A stretch of DNA of 64,000 nt from Clostridia bacterium (lineage in GTDB: Bacteria; Bacillota; Clostridia; Christensenellales; UBA1242). Below, in pieces: positions 46,522-57,900 of this stretch (within the stretch, counting starts at the first letter, position 1; every line of letters begins with the position of its first letter). The DNA lies in assembly GCA_017467585.1 (NCBI GenBank), contig JAFUSR010000004.1:219563-283562 (forward strand). Direction: 5' to 3'. The notes beneath the pieces were generated by a model that was not told the DNA's origin, searched no databases, and saw only the letters and a list, made by a program, of their open reading frames with translations. Made by a program: the position numbers and the translations under genes.

Positions 46522-49332
46522 ATGGAAGAATTTATTAACATTGTTGGGGCAAAAGAAAACAACCTAAAAAATATCAGCGTAAAAATTCCAAGAAATAAAC
46601 TTGTTCTTTTTACTGGGCTTTCAGGAAGTGGAAAGTCTAGTTTGGCTTTTGACACAATTTTTGCTGAGGGTCAACGCAGATATATGGAAAGTCTGTCTAG
46701 TTATGCCAGACAGTTTTTAGGTCAGATGAAAAAGCCAGATGTTGAGCTCATTGAGGGGCTTTCTCCTGCAATTGCTATCGACCAAAAAGTGACAAGTAGC
46801 AACCCTCGTTCTACCGTTGGAACAGTAACGGAAATTTATGACTATTTGAGGCTTTTATATGCACACATAGGCAAGGCATATTGTGTTAATTGCGGAACAG
46901 AAATTTCTGCCAACACTGTTGATAGCATTGTCGACAAGGTTATGAAATTTCCAGAAGGCGCAAAAATTATGGTTATCGCCCCAATTGTGCGTGGAAAGAA
47001 GGGCGAGTTTGCAAAGCTGTTTGAAGATCTAATCAAACAGGGCTATGTTCGTGGCAAGGTTGATGGAAACATCGTTCTTTTGGATGAACTTCCTAAATTA
47101 GACAAAAAGGTTAAGCACACAATCAGTGTGGTTATCGATAGAATTGTTGTAAAAAAAGATGTCGAGAGCAGGCTGGCTAGTTCAATTGAAACAGCTGTTA
47201 AGTTGAGCGAAGGTTTGGTTGTTATTGAAAATGAAGGCAGTGAAACGCTTTATAGCACCAAAAATTCGTGCAAGAATTGTGGATATTCTTTTTCAGAAAT
47301 AACACCAAGACTGTTTAGTTTTAACACTCCATTTGGTGCCTGCCCCGAGTGCTCAGGAATTGGCAACAGGCTTATTATTGACGAAAACATGGTTGTTCGC
47401 CACCCAGAGAGAACGCTAAAACAAAATCCATTTGTGGTTATTGGGTTTGGTGATGCTGGTTTTTATCAGGCATACATAAAAGCCATGGCAAAAGAATATG
47501 GCTTTTCTTTGGATGTTCCTTATCAAGACTTGCCAAGAGAAGTTAAAGATTTGATTCTCTATGGAAATGGCGGAAAACTGTTAAAGGTAACCTACGAAAG
47601 TGCAAACTTTTCTGGTAGTTATGAAAGTGCGTTCGAAGGAATTATTAATAACTTATATCGTCGCTCACGAGAGAGCAAGAGTGAACACGTTAAGGACGAA
47701 ATTGAAAAACTAATGGTGGCACGTCCATGTGAAAGCTGTCATGGAAAAAGGCTTAATAGAGAGTCTCTTAGCGTTAAAGTTGGTGGCAAAAACATTTTTG
47801 AACTTTGCGACATGAGTGTTGAAAAGATAAATGAGTTTTTGAACAATCTGGAACTGACAAAAAAAGAATCTGTTATTGCTGAGAACATTGTTAAAGAAAT
47901 TCGTGCAAGGCTCAAGTTTTTGATTGATGTTGGTCTTGAATATTTAACACTAACCAGAAGCAGTGGCACTCTTTCTGGTGGCGAAGCACAAAGAATTAGG
48001 CTTGCAACCCAAATTGGTAGTGGCCTTGTTGGGGTTCTTTATATCTTGGATGAACCAAGCATTGGTCTTCACCCAAGAGACACACACAGGCTGATTAAAA
48101 CAATGGAGCGCTTGCGTGATTTGGGCAACACGGTTATTGTTGTTGAACACGACGAAGACACAATCAGGGCTGCGGACTTTGTTGTTGACATTGGCCCTAA
48201 GGCCGGTGCCCATGGAGGCAGAGTTGTCGCAACAGGTTCTCCAGAAGAAATAATGAAGGCAGAAGGCTCAATAACTGGACAATATTTAAGTGGGGCAAAG
48301 ACTATTCCTGTTCCTAAAAAACGCAGAAAGATTACTGACGCAAAACTGCAAGTTATTGGTGCAAGGCAAAACAATCTTAAAAACATTGATGTTGAAATTC
48401 CGCTTGGCGTGTTTACGGCGGTTACCGGTGTTTCTGGCAGCGGAAAATCTAGTTTGGTTAATGAAATCATTTATCCTGCACTATCAAACAAAATTAACAA
48501 ATCTAGTTTGACTGAAGGTGAATATTCACAAATTCTTGGTGCAGAACAACTAGACAAAGTTGTTGTTATCGACCAAAGCCCAATCGGCAGAACTCCTCGC
48601 AGCAATCCAGCAACATACACCGGAGTGTTTACTGCAATTAGAGATTTGTTTGCAAGTCTTCCTGAGTCTAACGCAAGGGGCTACACAAGTGGAAGGTTTA
48701 GCTTTAATATTCCTGGTGGCAGATGCGAGGCTTGTGGTGGTGATGGTGTTCTTAAAATCGAAATGCACTTTTTGCCAGATGTTTATGTTACCTGCGATGA
48801 GTGTGGTGGAAAGAGATATAACAGAGAGACTCTTGAAGTTAAATATAAAGGAAAATCAATAAACGACGTTCTTGAAATGACTGTTGAAGACGCGCTCGAC
48901 TTCTTTGCAAATTTCACGAGCATTAAAAACAAAATTCAAGCGTTATATGACGTTGGTCTTGGCTATATCAAACTTGGTCAACCGGCAACAACACTTTCTG
49001 GTGGAGAAGCTCAAAGAGTAAAACTTGCAACAGAACTCTCTAAGAGACCAACTGGAAAAACTATGTATATTTTGGATGAGCCAACAACCGGTCTTCACAC
49101 CCATGACGTTTCAAAACTAATTAACATTTTGCAACGACTTGTTGATGGAGGAAACACTGTTCTTGTTATTGAACACAATCTAGACATGATTAAAGTTGCA
49201 GACAACATTATAGATATTGGACCAGAGGGTGGCGACAAAGGTGGAAAAATTGTAGCAACTGGCACTCCAGAAGAAATAGCAAAGTACAAAAAAAGTTACA
49301 CCGGAAAGGCTCTTTTGGGTGTTCTAAATTAA
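46522..49332 (+). CDS. uvrA: Excinuclease ABC subunit A
   Basis: The 936-aa protein has two ABC ATPase modules ([23 protein letters not shown]; LSGGEAQR twice) and zinc modules (CKNCGYSF...CPEC; CEACGGDG...CDECGG). Confidence 0.97.
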   Translation: MEEFINIVGAKENNLKNISVKIPRNKLVLFTGLSGSGKSSLAFDTIFAEGQRRYMESLSSYARQFLGQMKKPDVELIEGLSPAIAIDQKVTSSNPRSTVGTVTEIYDYLRLLYAHIGKAYCVNCGTEISANTVDSIVDKVMKFPEGAKIMVIAPIVRGKKGEFAKLFEDLIKQGYVRGKVDGNIVLLDELPKLDKKVKHTISVVIDRIVVKKDVESRLASSIETAVKLSEGLVVIENEGSETLYSTKNSCKNCGYSFSEITPRLFSFNTPFGACPECSGIGNRLIIDENMVVRHPERTLKQNPFVVIGFGDAGFYQAYIKAMAKEYGFSLDVPYQDLPREVKDLILYGNGGKLLKVTYESANFSGSYESAFEGIINNLYRRSRESKSEHVKDEIEKLMVARPCESCHGKRLNRESLSVKVGGKNIFELCDMSVEKINEFLNNLELTKKESVIAENIVKEIRARLKFLIDVGLEYLTLTRSSGTLSGGEAQRIRLATQIGSGLVGVLYILDEPSIGLHPRDTHRLIKTMERLRDLGNTVIVVEHDEDTIRAADFVVDIGPKAGAHGGRVVATGSPEEIMKAEGSITGQYLSGAKTIPVPKKRRKITDAKLQVIGARQNNLKNIDVEIPLGVFTAVTGVSGSGKSSLVNEIIYPALSNKINKSSLTEGEYSQILGAEQLDKVVVIDQSPIGRTPRSNPATYTGVFTAIRDLFASLPESNARGYTSGRFSFNIPGGRCEACGGDGVLKIEMHFLPDVYVTCDECGGKRYNRETLEVKYKGKSINDVLEMTVEDALDFFANFTSIKNKIQALYDVGLGYIKLGQPATTLSGGEAQRVKLATELSKRPTGKTMYILDEPTTGLHTHDVSKLINILQRLVDGGNTVLVIEHNLDMIKVADNIIDIGPEGGDKGGKIVATGTPEEIAKYKKSYTGKALLGVLN

Positions 49333-49354
49333 AAATTTAATAAAAAAAGTAACA

Positions 49355-49388
49355 AAAAGCAGAAAAACAGCATTTTCTGCTTTTTTAT
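49355..49388 (+). terminator. Intrinsic terminator after uvrA
   Basis: The stem GCAGAAAA (49359-49366) / TTTTCTGC (49373-49380) is followed by T7. Confidence 0.8.
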
Positions 49389-49473
49389 TGATAGAAAATA
49401 GCCAAAAAACTGCAAAATTTGTCTTATTTTGCCCCATATAAATAAAAATTCATCTAAAACAGATATTAAATAT

Positions 49474-50196
49474 ATGAGTATAATGCTGCTTAGAAGTGTT
49501 GTCGTTTATGTTTTGACATTTGCCGTTATTCGCCTTATGGGGAAACGTCAAGTTGGAGAAATGCAACCTTTTGAATTTGTTATAACGCTTATTATTGCTG
49601 ACCTGGCGTGCACACCAATGTCTGAACTTGCTGTGCCACTTGTGCATGGAGTAGTACCAATTTTAGCCCTTTATTTGGTACATTTTTTCATTTGTTTTCT
49701 ATCTCGAAAATTTATGTGGTTTAGATATGGAATCACTGGTAGGCCTGCCATTGTTATTTCGCCTAGGGGAATAGATTATAACGAACTGAAAAAGTTAAAC
49801 ATGACGTTAGACGATTTAATGGAAGCCCTTCGTGGTTGTTCTTTTTTTGAAATTGATCAAGTTGCTTATGCCATAATTGAAACAAACGGAAAACTGTGCG
49901 TTATTCCAAAGTCTAGCAGCGCGCCAGTAACACGTGGCGACCTTAAAATAGAAGGAGAACAAGCGGCATTTCCAATAAACATTATTATGGATGGAAAACT
50001 CATGAAGGAAAATATGAAGCTTGCTAAAATTGATGATGACTTTCTGAAAAAATACTACAGACAGACAAAAGTAAAAAGTTATAGACACATTTTGCTCTTT
50101 ACCATTGACAGCAATGGCAAAGTCTTTATTCAACCTAAAGATGCAAGCAAATATTATGTGTTTGAAAAGCAGACATATAAAGGGGAACAGCCATGA
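49474..50196 (+). CDS. DUF421 (YetF-like) membrane protein
   Basis: The sequence LRSVVVYVLTFAVIRLMGKRQVGEMQPFEFVITLIIADLA is typical of the DUF421 N-terminus. The start is uncertain, with 49429 and 49474 both possible. Confidence 0.75.
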   Translation: MSIMLLRSVVVYVLTFAVIRLMGKRQVGEMQPFEFVITLIIADLACTPMSELAVPLVHGVVPILALYLVHFFICFLSRKFMWFRYGITGRPAIVISPRGIDYNELKKLNMTLDDLMEALRGCSFFEIDQVAYAIIETNGKLCVIPKSSSAPVTRGDLKIEGEQAAFPINIIMDGKLMKENMKLAKIDDDFLKKYYRQTKVKSYRHILLFTIDSNGKVFIQPKDASKYYVFEKQTYKGEQP

Positions 50197-50588
50197 TAAA
50201 AAAGTGGATAATTGTTGTTTCGATTTTAGCTGCTTTAATTGTTGGTTGTGTTATTGAACACAATTATGTTAATAACACCTTTGACACGATGACGCAAAAT
50301 TTGCAAGTCTTAAAAGTTTCTCTTGAACAGAACAAAGACAACATAGACTTGCCAGAAATTGAGGAATATTTAAAGTTTTTACACGAAGATTTTCATCAAA
50401 AAGAAAAAGTGCTAAAAGCACTTATTTGGCACACTGGTCTTAAAGATGTTGAAGTAGGGATTAGCAGAATTATTGCTTATGCAGAGAATAACAACTTTGT
50501 TGAAGCAATGGTTGAAACAAATTCTCTGATTGACTATTGCTCACATTATAGCCAAGATTTCAAGATAACGCTCGAAAACATATTTTAA
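50193..50588 (+). CDS. DUF4363-like small membrane-anchored protein
   Basis: The 131-aa protein has an N-terminal TM. It is translationally coupled to the DUF421 gene through an ATGA overlap, which is the usual DUF421/DUF4363 pairing. Confidence 0.6.
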   Translation: MIKKWIIVVSILAALIVGCVIEHNYVNNTFDTMTQNLQVLKVSLEQNKDNIDLPEIEEYLKFLHEDFHQKEKVLKALIWHTGLKDVEVGISRIIAYAENNNFVEAMVETNSLIDYCSHYSQDFKITLENIF

Positions 50589-50618
50589 AAAAAGAATGCC
50601 ATTTTGGCATTCTTTTAA
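50587..50618. terminator. Bidirectional terminator between convergent genes
   Basis: The stem AAGAATGCC-atttt-GGCATTCTT is flanked by A7 and T-rich sequence. Confidence 0.8.
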
Positions 50619-51184
50619 ATGTGAAACAATGGTGTGTGGTCTGATAGATCATGGTCTGCGTGATAATAGATGTCTGAAACAGCTTTGTCGTGTTTGCGCT
50701 CTAATTCAAGATACTCTTCGCGAGTTGCAGTTTCTGCTTTTTGAACAAAGTTAATATTTTCTTGAGAGATATAAAATCTGCGCCAGTTTGTTTTATAATC
50801 TTTTTTTGTTGCAAACAGCATATTTTGAATTGCCAAAAGATCTTTATTAGAGAAGAAGTTAGATTCTATCATGTTATCTGCCCCAAATGGAAGCTTATAT
50901 TGATAAATTTCGTAGTCTCCAATGAGCAGTGTAATGCCGTTGTCAAAAACTTGTTTATCTTCGATGAACACTTGAACAAAATTCTTATCGCCAAACTCGC
51001 TTGCGTTTTTAAATCTGTTGCCTATTGAAACATGCAATTTCTTTTTTTGATCTCTGCTTATTAACAGTGAAATTACATATTTAATTTCTGCTGATGTGAG
51101 TGAAGAAACGTAATTGTGATTAAGTGTGTCCGCAATGATTTCTTTCATATTTTCGATATAAAGTTCGTTGTTGATTTGATTCAT
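50615..51184 (-). CDS. Hypothetical protein (189 aa)
   Basis: The ORF is clean, with an AGGAG RBS and a TTGATT-17-TATAAT promoter. I recognise no family. Confidence 0.5.
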   Translation of the reverse strand: MNQINNELYIENMKEIIADTLNHNYVSSLTSAEIKYVISLLISRDQKKKLHVSIGNRFKNASEFGDKNFVQVFIEDKQVFDNGITLLIGDYEIYQYKLPFGADNMIESNFFSNKDLLAIQNMLFATKKDYKTNWRRFYISQENINFVQKAETATREEYLELERKHDKAVSDIYYHADHDLSDHTPLFHI

Positions 51185-51324
51185 TTTAAAATTCTCCTAA
51201 AAACGAAACTATTATACAATAATGTTTCTTTAAAATCAATATCAACGGTTGAAAAAATTTTCAAAATTTTAAAAAAAATTGTCCTTGTTGTTGACAATTG
51301 AATTTTTTTGTGTATAATAATAGC

Positions 51325-51484
51325 AGTTAATAGAAAATTAGCAAGCCAAAGACAGTAAGTGAACACAATTTGTTCTTAATATCTTACCTAGGAGTGCAGC
51401 AATATGAAAACCTTCACCTTGCGCGCTTTTTGGCGGCAAGGTTTTTTATTAGCGCTTCACGCTTAATAAAAAGGGAGGAATAAA
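51325..51484 (+). promoter_or_regulatory. Ribosomal protein L10 leader with attenuator terminator
   Basis: It lies between the TTGACA(51291)-16-TATAAT(51313) promoter and rplJ. The AGCCAAAGACAGUAAGUG...CUUACCUAGGAGUGC element is reminiscent of the Firmicute L10 leader (a mimic of the L10-L12 binding site). An intrinsic terminator, ACCTTGC...GCAAGGT+T6, lies at 51416-51449. Confidence 0.75.
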
Positions 51485-51973
51485 ATGTCAGCAAATTTTG
51501 AAAACAAAAAAGTAGTTGTTGAAGAAATTAAAAAGCACGCTCAAGAAGCTAAAGCAATTGTTCTTGTTGACTATAAAGGACTTACTGTTGAACAAGTTTC
51601 TGAGCTCAGAAAAGCATATAGAGAAGCTGGCGCTGTGTATAAGGTTTATAAAAACCGTTTGATGAAAATTGCTTTTGATGCACTTGGAATCAACTTTAAA
51701 CCAGAAGACCTTGAAGGCACAACCGCTGTTGCTTTCCATTCAAGTGATGCTGTTGTTCCTGCCAAGATTGCAGTTGATGGAGAAGACAAATATAAAGTAA
51801 TGAAGGTTAAGGCTGGATATTGCGAAGGCAAATATCAAACCCGCGACGAAGTTGTTGCTTTAAGCAAAGTTCCATCAAAAGAAGTTTTGGTTGCACAGTT
51901 GCTTGGATTGCTTACAAATCCTATGCGTTCACTTGCTGTTGCACTTAGCGAAGTTGCAAAGAAAAACGCATAA
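51485..51973 (+). CDS. rplJ: 50S ribosomal protein L10
   Basis: uL10 sequence is present (VVEEIKKHAQEAKAIVLVDYKGLTVEQVSELRKAYREAG). Confidence 0.96.
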   Translation: MSANFENKKVVVEEIKKHAQEAKAIVLVDYKGLTVEQVSELRKAYREAGAVYKVYKNRLMKIAFDALGINFKPEDLEGTTAVAFHSSDAVVPAKIAVDGEDKYKVMKVKAGYCEGKYQTRDEVVALSKVPSKEVLVAQLLGLLTNPMRSLAVALSEVAKKNA

Positions 51974-52002
51974 ATGAAAATTAAAAAATAAGGAGAATTA
52001 TT

Positions 52003-52374
52003 ATGGATAAGAATAAAATTTTAGAAGAAATCAAAAATGCTACAGTTCTTGAACTTAACGAACTTGTTAAAGCAATTGAAGAAGAATTTGGTGTAAGCGC
52101 TGCTGCTATGGCAGTTGCTGCTCCTGCTGCCGCTGGTGCTGCTGCTCCTGCTGCAGAAGAGAAAACAGAATTTAATGTTGTTCTCAAAGAAGTTGGTGCT
52201 AACAAAATTGGCGTTATTAAAGTTATTAGAGAAATTACAGGTCTTGGTCTTTCAGAATCTAAGGCTCTTGCAGATAACGCTCCTAGCACAATTAAAGAAA
52301 ACGTTGCAAAAGACGCAGCTAACGAAATGCTTGAAAAATTCAAGGCTGCTGGTGCAACTGCAGAACTTAAATAG
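52003..52374 (+). CDS. rplL: 50S ribosomal protein L7/L12
   Basis: bL12 sequence is present, with an Ala-rich hinge ([30 protein letters not shown]..., [16 protein letters not shown]). Confidence 0.97.
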   Translation: MDKNKILEEIKNATVLELNELVKAIEEEFGVSAAAMAVAAPAAAGAAAPAAEEKTEFNVVLKEVGANKIGVIKVIREITGLGLSESKALADNAPSTIKENVAKDAANEMLEKFKAAGATAELK

Positions 52375-52411
52375 TCGAAAATCAAAACAAAGAAATCAAT
52401 TAAGAGTGAAG

Positions 52412-52446
52412 AAAAACATAACCAATTTTGGTTATGTTTTTTATTT
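52412..52446. terminator. Bidirectional terminator after rplL and the DUF1540 gene
   Basis: The stem AAACATAACC-aatttt-GGTTATGTTT is followed by T-rich sequence. Confidence 0.8.
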
Positions 52447-52740
52447 TGGTTTAACGGTTAAACATTCGGGCTCATTTTTTTGATCTAGTGTTGCAATGGT
52501 GATTCCATTTGCTTTACACACACCTTCTTGGTTAAAAAGACAACCTGAAACTTTGCAATCGGCAATGGTCTTTGTTCTGACTGCCTTTTGTTTTATGGTG
52601 CTTTTTTCTGTCTTTAAATAGTTCTCGCTGGGGGAGTAACTTGTGCACTCGGCCTGTCGGCCTATGGTTATGTGTTTGGCTGTGCACAGGCAATTTTTGT
52701 TAAAGTCACAGCCTTCGCGTTTGCATCTTAAATCATACAT
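52441..52740 (-). CDS. DUF1540 domain protein (two Cys-rich repeats)
   Basis: Two copies of a C..C.FN....C.A..I.I pattern are present (CKREGCDFNKNCLCTAKHITIG and CKVSGCLFNQEGVCKANGITIA). Confidence 0.7.
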   Translation of the reverse strand: MYDLRCKREGCDFNKNCLCTAKHITIGRQAECTSYSPSENYLKTEKSTIKQKAVRTKTIADCKVSGCLFNQEGVCKANGITIATLDQKNEPECLTVKPK

Positions 52741-52795
52741 ATTTATTAGTATTGACCAAAAACAATAGAATTATTCATATAGGCAATGTTATTGT

Positions 52796-52825
52796 TTGAC
52801 AATTCTGCTTATTGATTGATAAAAT
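52796..52825 (+). promoter_or_regulatory. rplI promoter
   Basis: TTGACA at 52796-52801, an 18-nt spacer, and TGaTAAAAT at 52817-52825. An SD (AAGGAG) follows. Confidence 0.6.
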
Positions 52826-52844
52826 ATAGCCAAGGAGAAATTGT

Positions 52845-53294
52845 ATGAAAGTAATTTTAACAGCAGACGTAAAGGCCCAGGGCAAAAAGGGCGATGTTAT
52901 TAATGTGAGTGACGGATATGCAACCAACTTCTTGTTTAAAAACAATTTGGCTGTTCCTGCAAATGCTGGGAATGTGAGTGTGAACAATGCTCGCAAAAAG
53001 GCAGAGGCAGAGAGAATTGCTGCAGAAACAGCTGCGGCAAAAGAGCTTGCAAAAAAGATATCTAACATTGAACTTGAGATGAATCTTGAAATTGGAGCAA
53101 ATGGAAAAGCTTTTGGAAGTATCACCGGAAAAGAAATTAGCGATGAGCTTGCAAAGCGCGGAATAGAGGTTGATAGAAAGAAGATTGAAATTAACACAAT
53201 AAAAACAGTTGGAACTTTTGTTGCAGAACTTAAATTATATAAGGGCGTTTCTGCAAAACTGAAAGTTAATGTAACGGAAAGAAAAAACGGTTAA
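52845..53294 (+). CDS. rplI: 50S ribosomal protein L9
   Basis: bL9 sequence is present (MKVILTADVKAQGKKGDVINVSDGYATNFLFKNNLAVPA). Confidence 0.96.
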   Translation: MKVILTADVKAQGKKGDVINVSDGYATNFLFKNNLAVPANAGNVSVNNARKKAEAERIAAETAAAKELAKKISNIELEMNLEIGANGKAFGSITGKEISDELAKRGIEVDRKKIEINTIKTVGTFVAELKLYKGVSAKLKVNVTERKNG

Positions 53295-53304
53295 AATGTA
53301 AATA

Positions 53305-53350
53305 ATGAGCAAAATTTGAATTTTAATTTCAATATTGCTCATTTTTTTAT
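53305..53350 (+). terminator. Intrinsic terminator after rplI
   Basis: The stem ATGAGCAA (53305-53312) / TTGCTCAT (53335-53342) encloses a large AT loop and is followed by T7. Confidence 0.6.
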
Positions 53351-53411
53351 GCGCAAAATAGGCCAATTTTTGTGACTCATAAACTTTGTGATGGCAACAT
53401 AAAATTTTTGT

Positions 53412-54947
53412 ATGAGAAAGTTTTTAAAGGCAACGCTAATTGTTACTATTTTTTCTGTGGCAACGCGCGCATTTGGTTTTTTGCTCAGGATAATTTTATC
53501 GCGAACAATGGGAGCAGAAATGCTTGGTGCATATCAAATTTCAATGAGCATTTTTGGTGTTCTTATGACAATAATTGCAACAGGTTTGCCGCTAATTGTT
53601 TCTAGAAGTGTTGCTTTTTATAATGGCAAAAATAAGCACAAGCAGGCCAAAATTATTTCTGCTGGTCTTGTTGTTGTTCTATGTTTAAGTTTGATTATAT
53701 GTTTGATTTTTTTGGCTTTAAAAAATGTTTTGACATTTGCTATAAATGATCAAAGTGTTAACATTATGTTAATATTGCTACCTAGTTTAATTGCAAGCGG
53801 AATCTATGTTGTGTTGCGCGGTGGGCTTTGGGGGCAAAACAGGTTTTTTACAATCTCGTTTACAGAGTTTTTTGAACAAGTTGTAAGAATTGCATTGCTC
53901 TTTGTTTTGTTAAGTTTGCCAATCGGCATGTCTGCTGGCGAGAGGAGTGCGCTAAGTCTTACACTTTCTACTTTTGCATCTTGTGCCCTTGTTGTGATTT
54001 TGTATTTCGTTTATGGAGAAAAACTATCTAACCCCAAAGGTGAGATTATTCCTATTTTGAAAACCGGCACGCCCATAACACTTGTCAAAACCATAAGCTC
54101 GCTAATAGGCTCTGTGATTGCAATCATTTTGCCAGCAAGATTGATGTTGTTTGGTTACAGCAGGTCCGAAGCTCTGGCTATTTTTGGTGTATACATGGGT
54201 ATGACCCTGCCTCTTTTGATGGTTCCAAGCACATTTATCAGTAGTATAGCTGTTGCACTTGTTCCTGAGCTTTCTAAAGAAACAAACAATATTGATGGTG
54301 CATCAGCAGTTGTCAAAAACAGACTGAAGGGCAAAATTATGATGGCATTAAAATCTACCATGGCCATTAGTTTTGTTTTGCTCCCTGTTTTTGTTGGTGT
54401 TGGTGGGCCAATTTGTAGTGTGTTGTTCAAAAATGCAGATGCGGGGAAATATCTTGTTGCAAGTTCGGTTTTAATGATTCCAATGGGGATTAATCAAATA
54501 TGTTCTAGCATTTTAAATGCAATCGGACTTGAAAAGAGAGAACTTTTGAACTATGCAATAGGGGCATTGGCGCTGGTTGGTTGTGTATTTTTTTTGCCAC
54601 AATATCTTGGAGGAATATCAATTCCAATTGCAATGCTAATAATGCATGTCTTGTCTGCAATTTTAAGTTTAATCACTCTAAACAACAAAAAATTGTTAGA
54701 TTGGTCATTTTTAAAATATTTTGCCATATGCGGTCTTATATTGGCCCCGTCATCGCTTTTAGGTCACTTGAGTTATAATTTGTTTGCCAAGGTCTTGCCA
54801 CAGTTTTTTGCCACTGTTTTTAGCTGCATGTTAGCATTGTTATTTACTGTGCTGTTAATGTTTGTGTTTAATTTTGCAAATGTAAAATTTGCAGTCATGA
54901 AACACAGAGAAAAAAGAAAAAATGTCAAACAAAAAACCACTGCATAG
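53412..54947 (+). CDS. MOP-superfamily flippase (MurJ/SpoVB-like polysaccharide or lipid II transporter)
   Basis: The 511-aa protein has about 14 TM segments. Its N-terminus (ATLIVTIFSVATRAFGFLLRIILSRTMGAEMLGAYQ) is typical of SpoVB/MurJ-like proteins. Confidence 0.75.
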   Translation: MRKFLKATLIVTIFSVATRAFGFLLRIILSRTMGAEMLGAYQISMSIFGVLMTIIATGLPLIVSRSVAFYNGKNKHKQAKIISAGLVVVLCLSLIICLIFLALKNVLTFAINDQSVNIMLILLPSLIASGIYVVLRGGLWGQNRFFTISFTEFFEQVVRIALLFVLLSLPIGMSAGERSALSLTLSTFASCALVVILYFVYGEKLSNPKGEIIPILKTGTPITLVKTISSLIGSVIAIILPARLMLFGYSRSEALAIFGVYMGMTLPLLMVPSTFISSIAVALVPELSKETNNIDGASAVVKNRLKGKIMMALKSTMAISFVLLPVFVGVGGPICSVLFKNADAGKYLVASSVLMIPMGINQICSSILNAIGLEKRELLNYAIGALALVGCVFFLPQYLGGISIPIAMLIMHVLSAILSLITLNNKKLLDWSFLKYFAICGLILAPSSLLGHLSYNLFAKVLPQFFATVFSCMLALLFTVLLMFVFNFANVKFAVMKHREKRKNVKQKTTA

Positions 54948-54960
54948 AGTGGTTTTTTTG
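54930..54960. terminator. Bidirectional terminator between the flippase gene and the giant surface protein gene
   Basis: The stem AACCACT-gcatag-AGTGGTT is flanked by A6 and T7. It overlaps the flippase stop codon. Confidence 0.8.
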
Positions 54961-54964
54961 TTAG

Positions 54965-57900
54965 TTATTGAATTCCGCCTTCAGACTTTGTTTTGTCTTC
55001 AGTGGCTATTTCTTTTGCTGGTCCCTTTTTGCGTTTGCGTTTAACAATGATTGCAACAAGTGCTACAACAAGTGAGCCAACCAGTAAGATAGAAGAGAGA
55101 ACATAGAAGAACAGTTGCCAACTGAAATTGCTTTGAGATGAAGCATCGCTTGAGCTATCATCAGAAGTTTCTTCTTTAGCGAGACTCTTTATTGCCACAG
55201 TTTTGTCTTCTGAAATGCCTTCAGCTGTTGTTGCAGTGTTATATTCATCTTCGGTTAATTCAACAATTTTCATGTTAGAAAGCATGGCCCAGCCAGTGTA
55301 GCCATTTTCTTCACGACCGAGGGCGAAGTTGAGGGCAAATGTTCCGATGCTTGTTTCACCAGTTCTAAGATAGAATGTATATGTCTTCCAACCTGTGCTT
55401 TCAGAAATGTTGTCGATTTCAACATCAAATCCGTTTGCAAAAATTGTAAGGCCTTTATCTTCTCCCATGTCGCTTGTTAGAACATCGATGGTTACTTTTA
55501 CACATTTTTTATTGCTGATTGTGTTGTCAAACACACTGTTAACAGCGGTGAAATCGGTTGTGTCGTTGTTGATAATAACTAGGGCAGTTGTTGCTGCTGT
55601 GTTAGGATTAAGAACAGCGCCAGTTGCTGCTGTTTCGTTGTAGGTGAAGCCTTTATTAAGGTCTACAACACCAACTTGACCTTGAGTGTAAGATGCGCTT
55701 TCTGAAATTGTTTCAAGAGCATATCCATAAGCCTCAAAAATTCCATTTTCGTCAGCTTTTGCAGAGTGGTTAGAGAAGTTGTTGTTTTTGAGGTCAACAA
55801 ATCTTGTTACTCTAACTTCACCAGAAACAACACTGTCAAATCCGTTGACACATGCGTTGTTGAATTCTTCGTCGTATTGATCGTCAATTGAAACTTTTAC
55901 ATTTCCATAAGTTTTTTCAGAAAGTTCAACATAGTCTACTTTTTGAACAAACATTGTGCCCTTGCTGTTTTCAGAGCCGAGAAGGAGGGGCATTCCAACG
56001 CTTTCGTTGCCTGTTCTAACAAAAACTGTAAATGTCTGCCATGTTCCTTCGGTTGCAGTTTCCGTGGTGCCATCTACTTTTAAGTTGATGGATGCAATTG
56101 TTTTTGCATCATCAGAAGTTCCGTTGGTAAGGCGCGCAACAAATTTTCCATCGAAATTTGTTCCAAACCAAACTTGGAATGTGAGTTTATAGAGTTTGTT
56201 GGCAGAGAAGTTTATTGAGCTAGAACGCATTAAGAACTTAGATTGTTCTTCATCGCCTGTGTCTGGAAGAGAAACGGCGTAAACGTTTTCGCGTGTGAGC
56301 TCAACATCTGTTCCGTTAACATCAATCACTGTTTTAGGAACAGTTTGGTTTCCGAATAATTTTTTAACAGTTGTTGCTCTGACATATTTGCCGGCAAAAT
56401 CTTTAAGATAGTTCACGCCATATTCTAAAGTAATAACTGTGTCATCTTCTTCAGTATATTTTTCAACACCACCATCAATGAAAATTCTTTCTTGATCTAA
56501 ATATTCAATGTTTCCGTCTTTATCGCGGGCAGGAACAACTTTTTCATAGTTGTTGTCATCGGTTGAAATTACGCCACGAACAACGCCAGTTGATGTGCTG
56601 TTAGAAATGATTGTCCAAGAGTCTGCAGTGTAAGGGTAGGTTGCTGTGTCGTCTTCTGCTGTTATAGAGAAAGAGTTGAAGTTTCCGTTTGTGATGTTGC
56701 TAGTAAGAATTCCATAGCTAGACAAATCAATGCCACTTGAAGAAACAAAAGAACTAGATGTGATTGATTCAACTTTGATGTTATCAAAATAAACAGTTGT
56801 GTTTTTGCTTGCAAGAAGTGTTAAATATACAAATTGAGATGCAACTGGATTGCCTTTAACATAAAGAACAATTTCTTTCCAGCCATTTGTGCTGTTGCTG
56901 TTGTATTCAAAGTCAGTTGCTGTGTTAGATGCGGTGATAAGTTGTCCATAAACTGAGGCAGACTTTGTCTTTATTGCAGAGAATAGTCTTGCTGTTGCAG
57001 TTGCTTCTGAATCTTCAGAATAAGCCCAAACAGAAACACGATAAACCGCTGCAGTTGGAACAAACAGGGCGCAACTTACAACGCCAAGGTCGTATGAACT
57101 TGTGTTTTTAAGCTCCAAAATTTCGTTGTTTTCGCCAAATGTGTTGTTTCGAACTGTTTCTTTTTTGTCTACTTTTTGAGTTTGTTCGTCAACGATTTGC
57201 TCTTCTTGAACAACATTGCCAAGTTCGTCTAAAACAACTCTCTCATATTCTGGGAAGGTTTCAGCTTCTTTAACAACTTTTGCTGTAAGTGAGCCGTTTG
57301 CATATAGATTGCGATATACAGCCTTTTCTGCGTCGGTGAGCCATGTTGTGCCAGCAGAATATCTTGGCATGTAATAGCTGAAAGGATAGGCATTATTAGA
57401 AAGGTATGTGTCGAAATTTAAAGAGTCTATTTCAGCTTCGCCAGCTTCATAAACAAGGTCGTCTGTTTCTTGGTCAGCAAGTGATTGAAGGGTTGGGTCG
57501 AATGTTGGGTTAACCCAGTTTGTTGCGCCAAAGCGGTCAACGTAAGTGTCAACAACAGAAAGTTCTGCGTCATTGTTATAGGTTGAATAGGTGTAGTGAT
57601 CGAGAGAAACAACTTCTTTTTCGTCGATTATTTCTGTTTTTAGAACGGCTTGCTTATTGTTTTGAATTGTTGTTATGTCGCTGATTGTTGATGCGATATA
57701 TTTTTTTGCTATTGCGTTTGGAGCAAAACCATTTATTGTTTGATTAATAAAATCAGTATAGTTGATTGTGTAGAGGTTGAGGTTGTCAAAGAATACGGCG
57801 CCACTTAAGCGATTTGCAAGATAATGATTTTCTTCTGAACCATAGTCAGACATCTTTTTATTTTTTCCGGTTACGCCATAAGTGTCTCCATAATAAAGGC

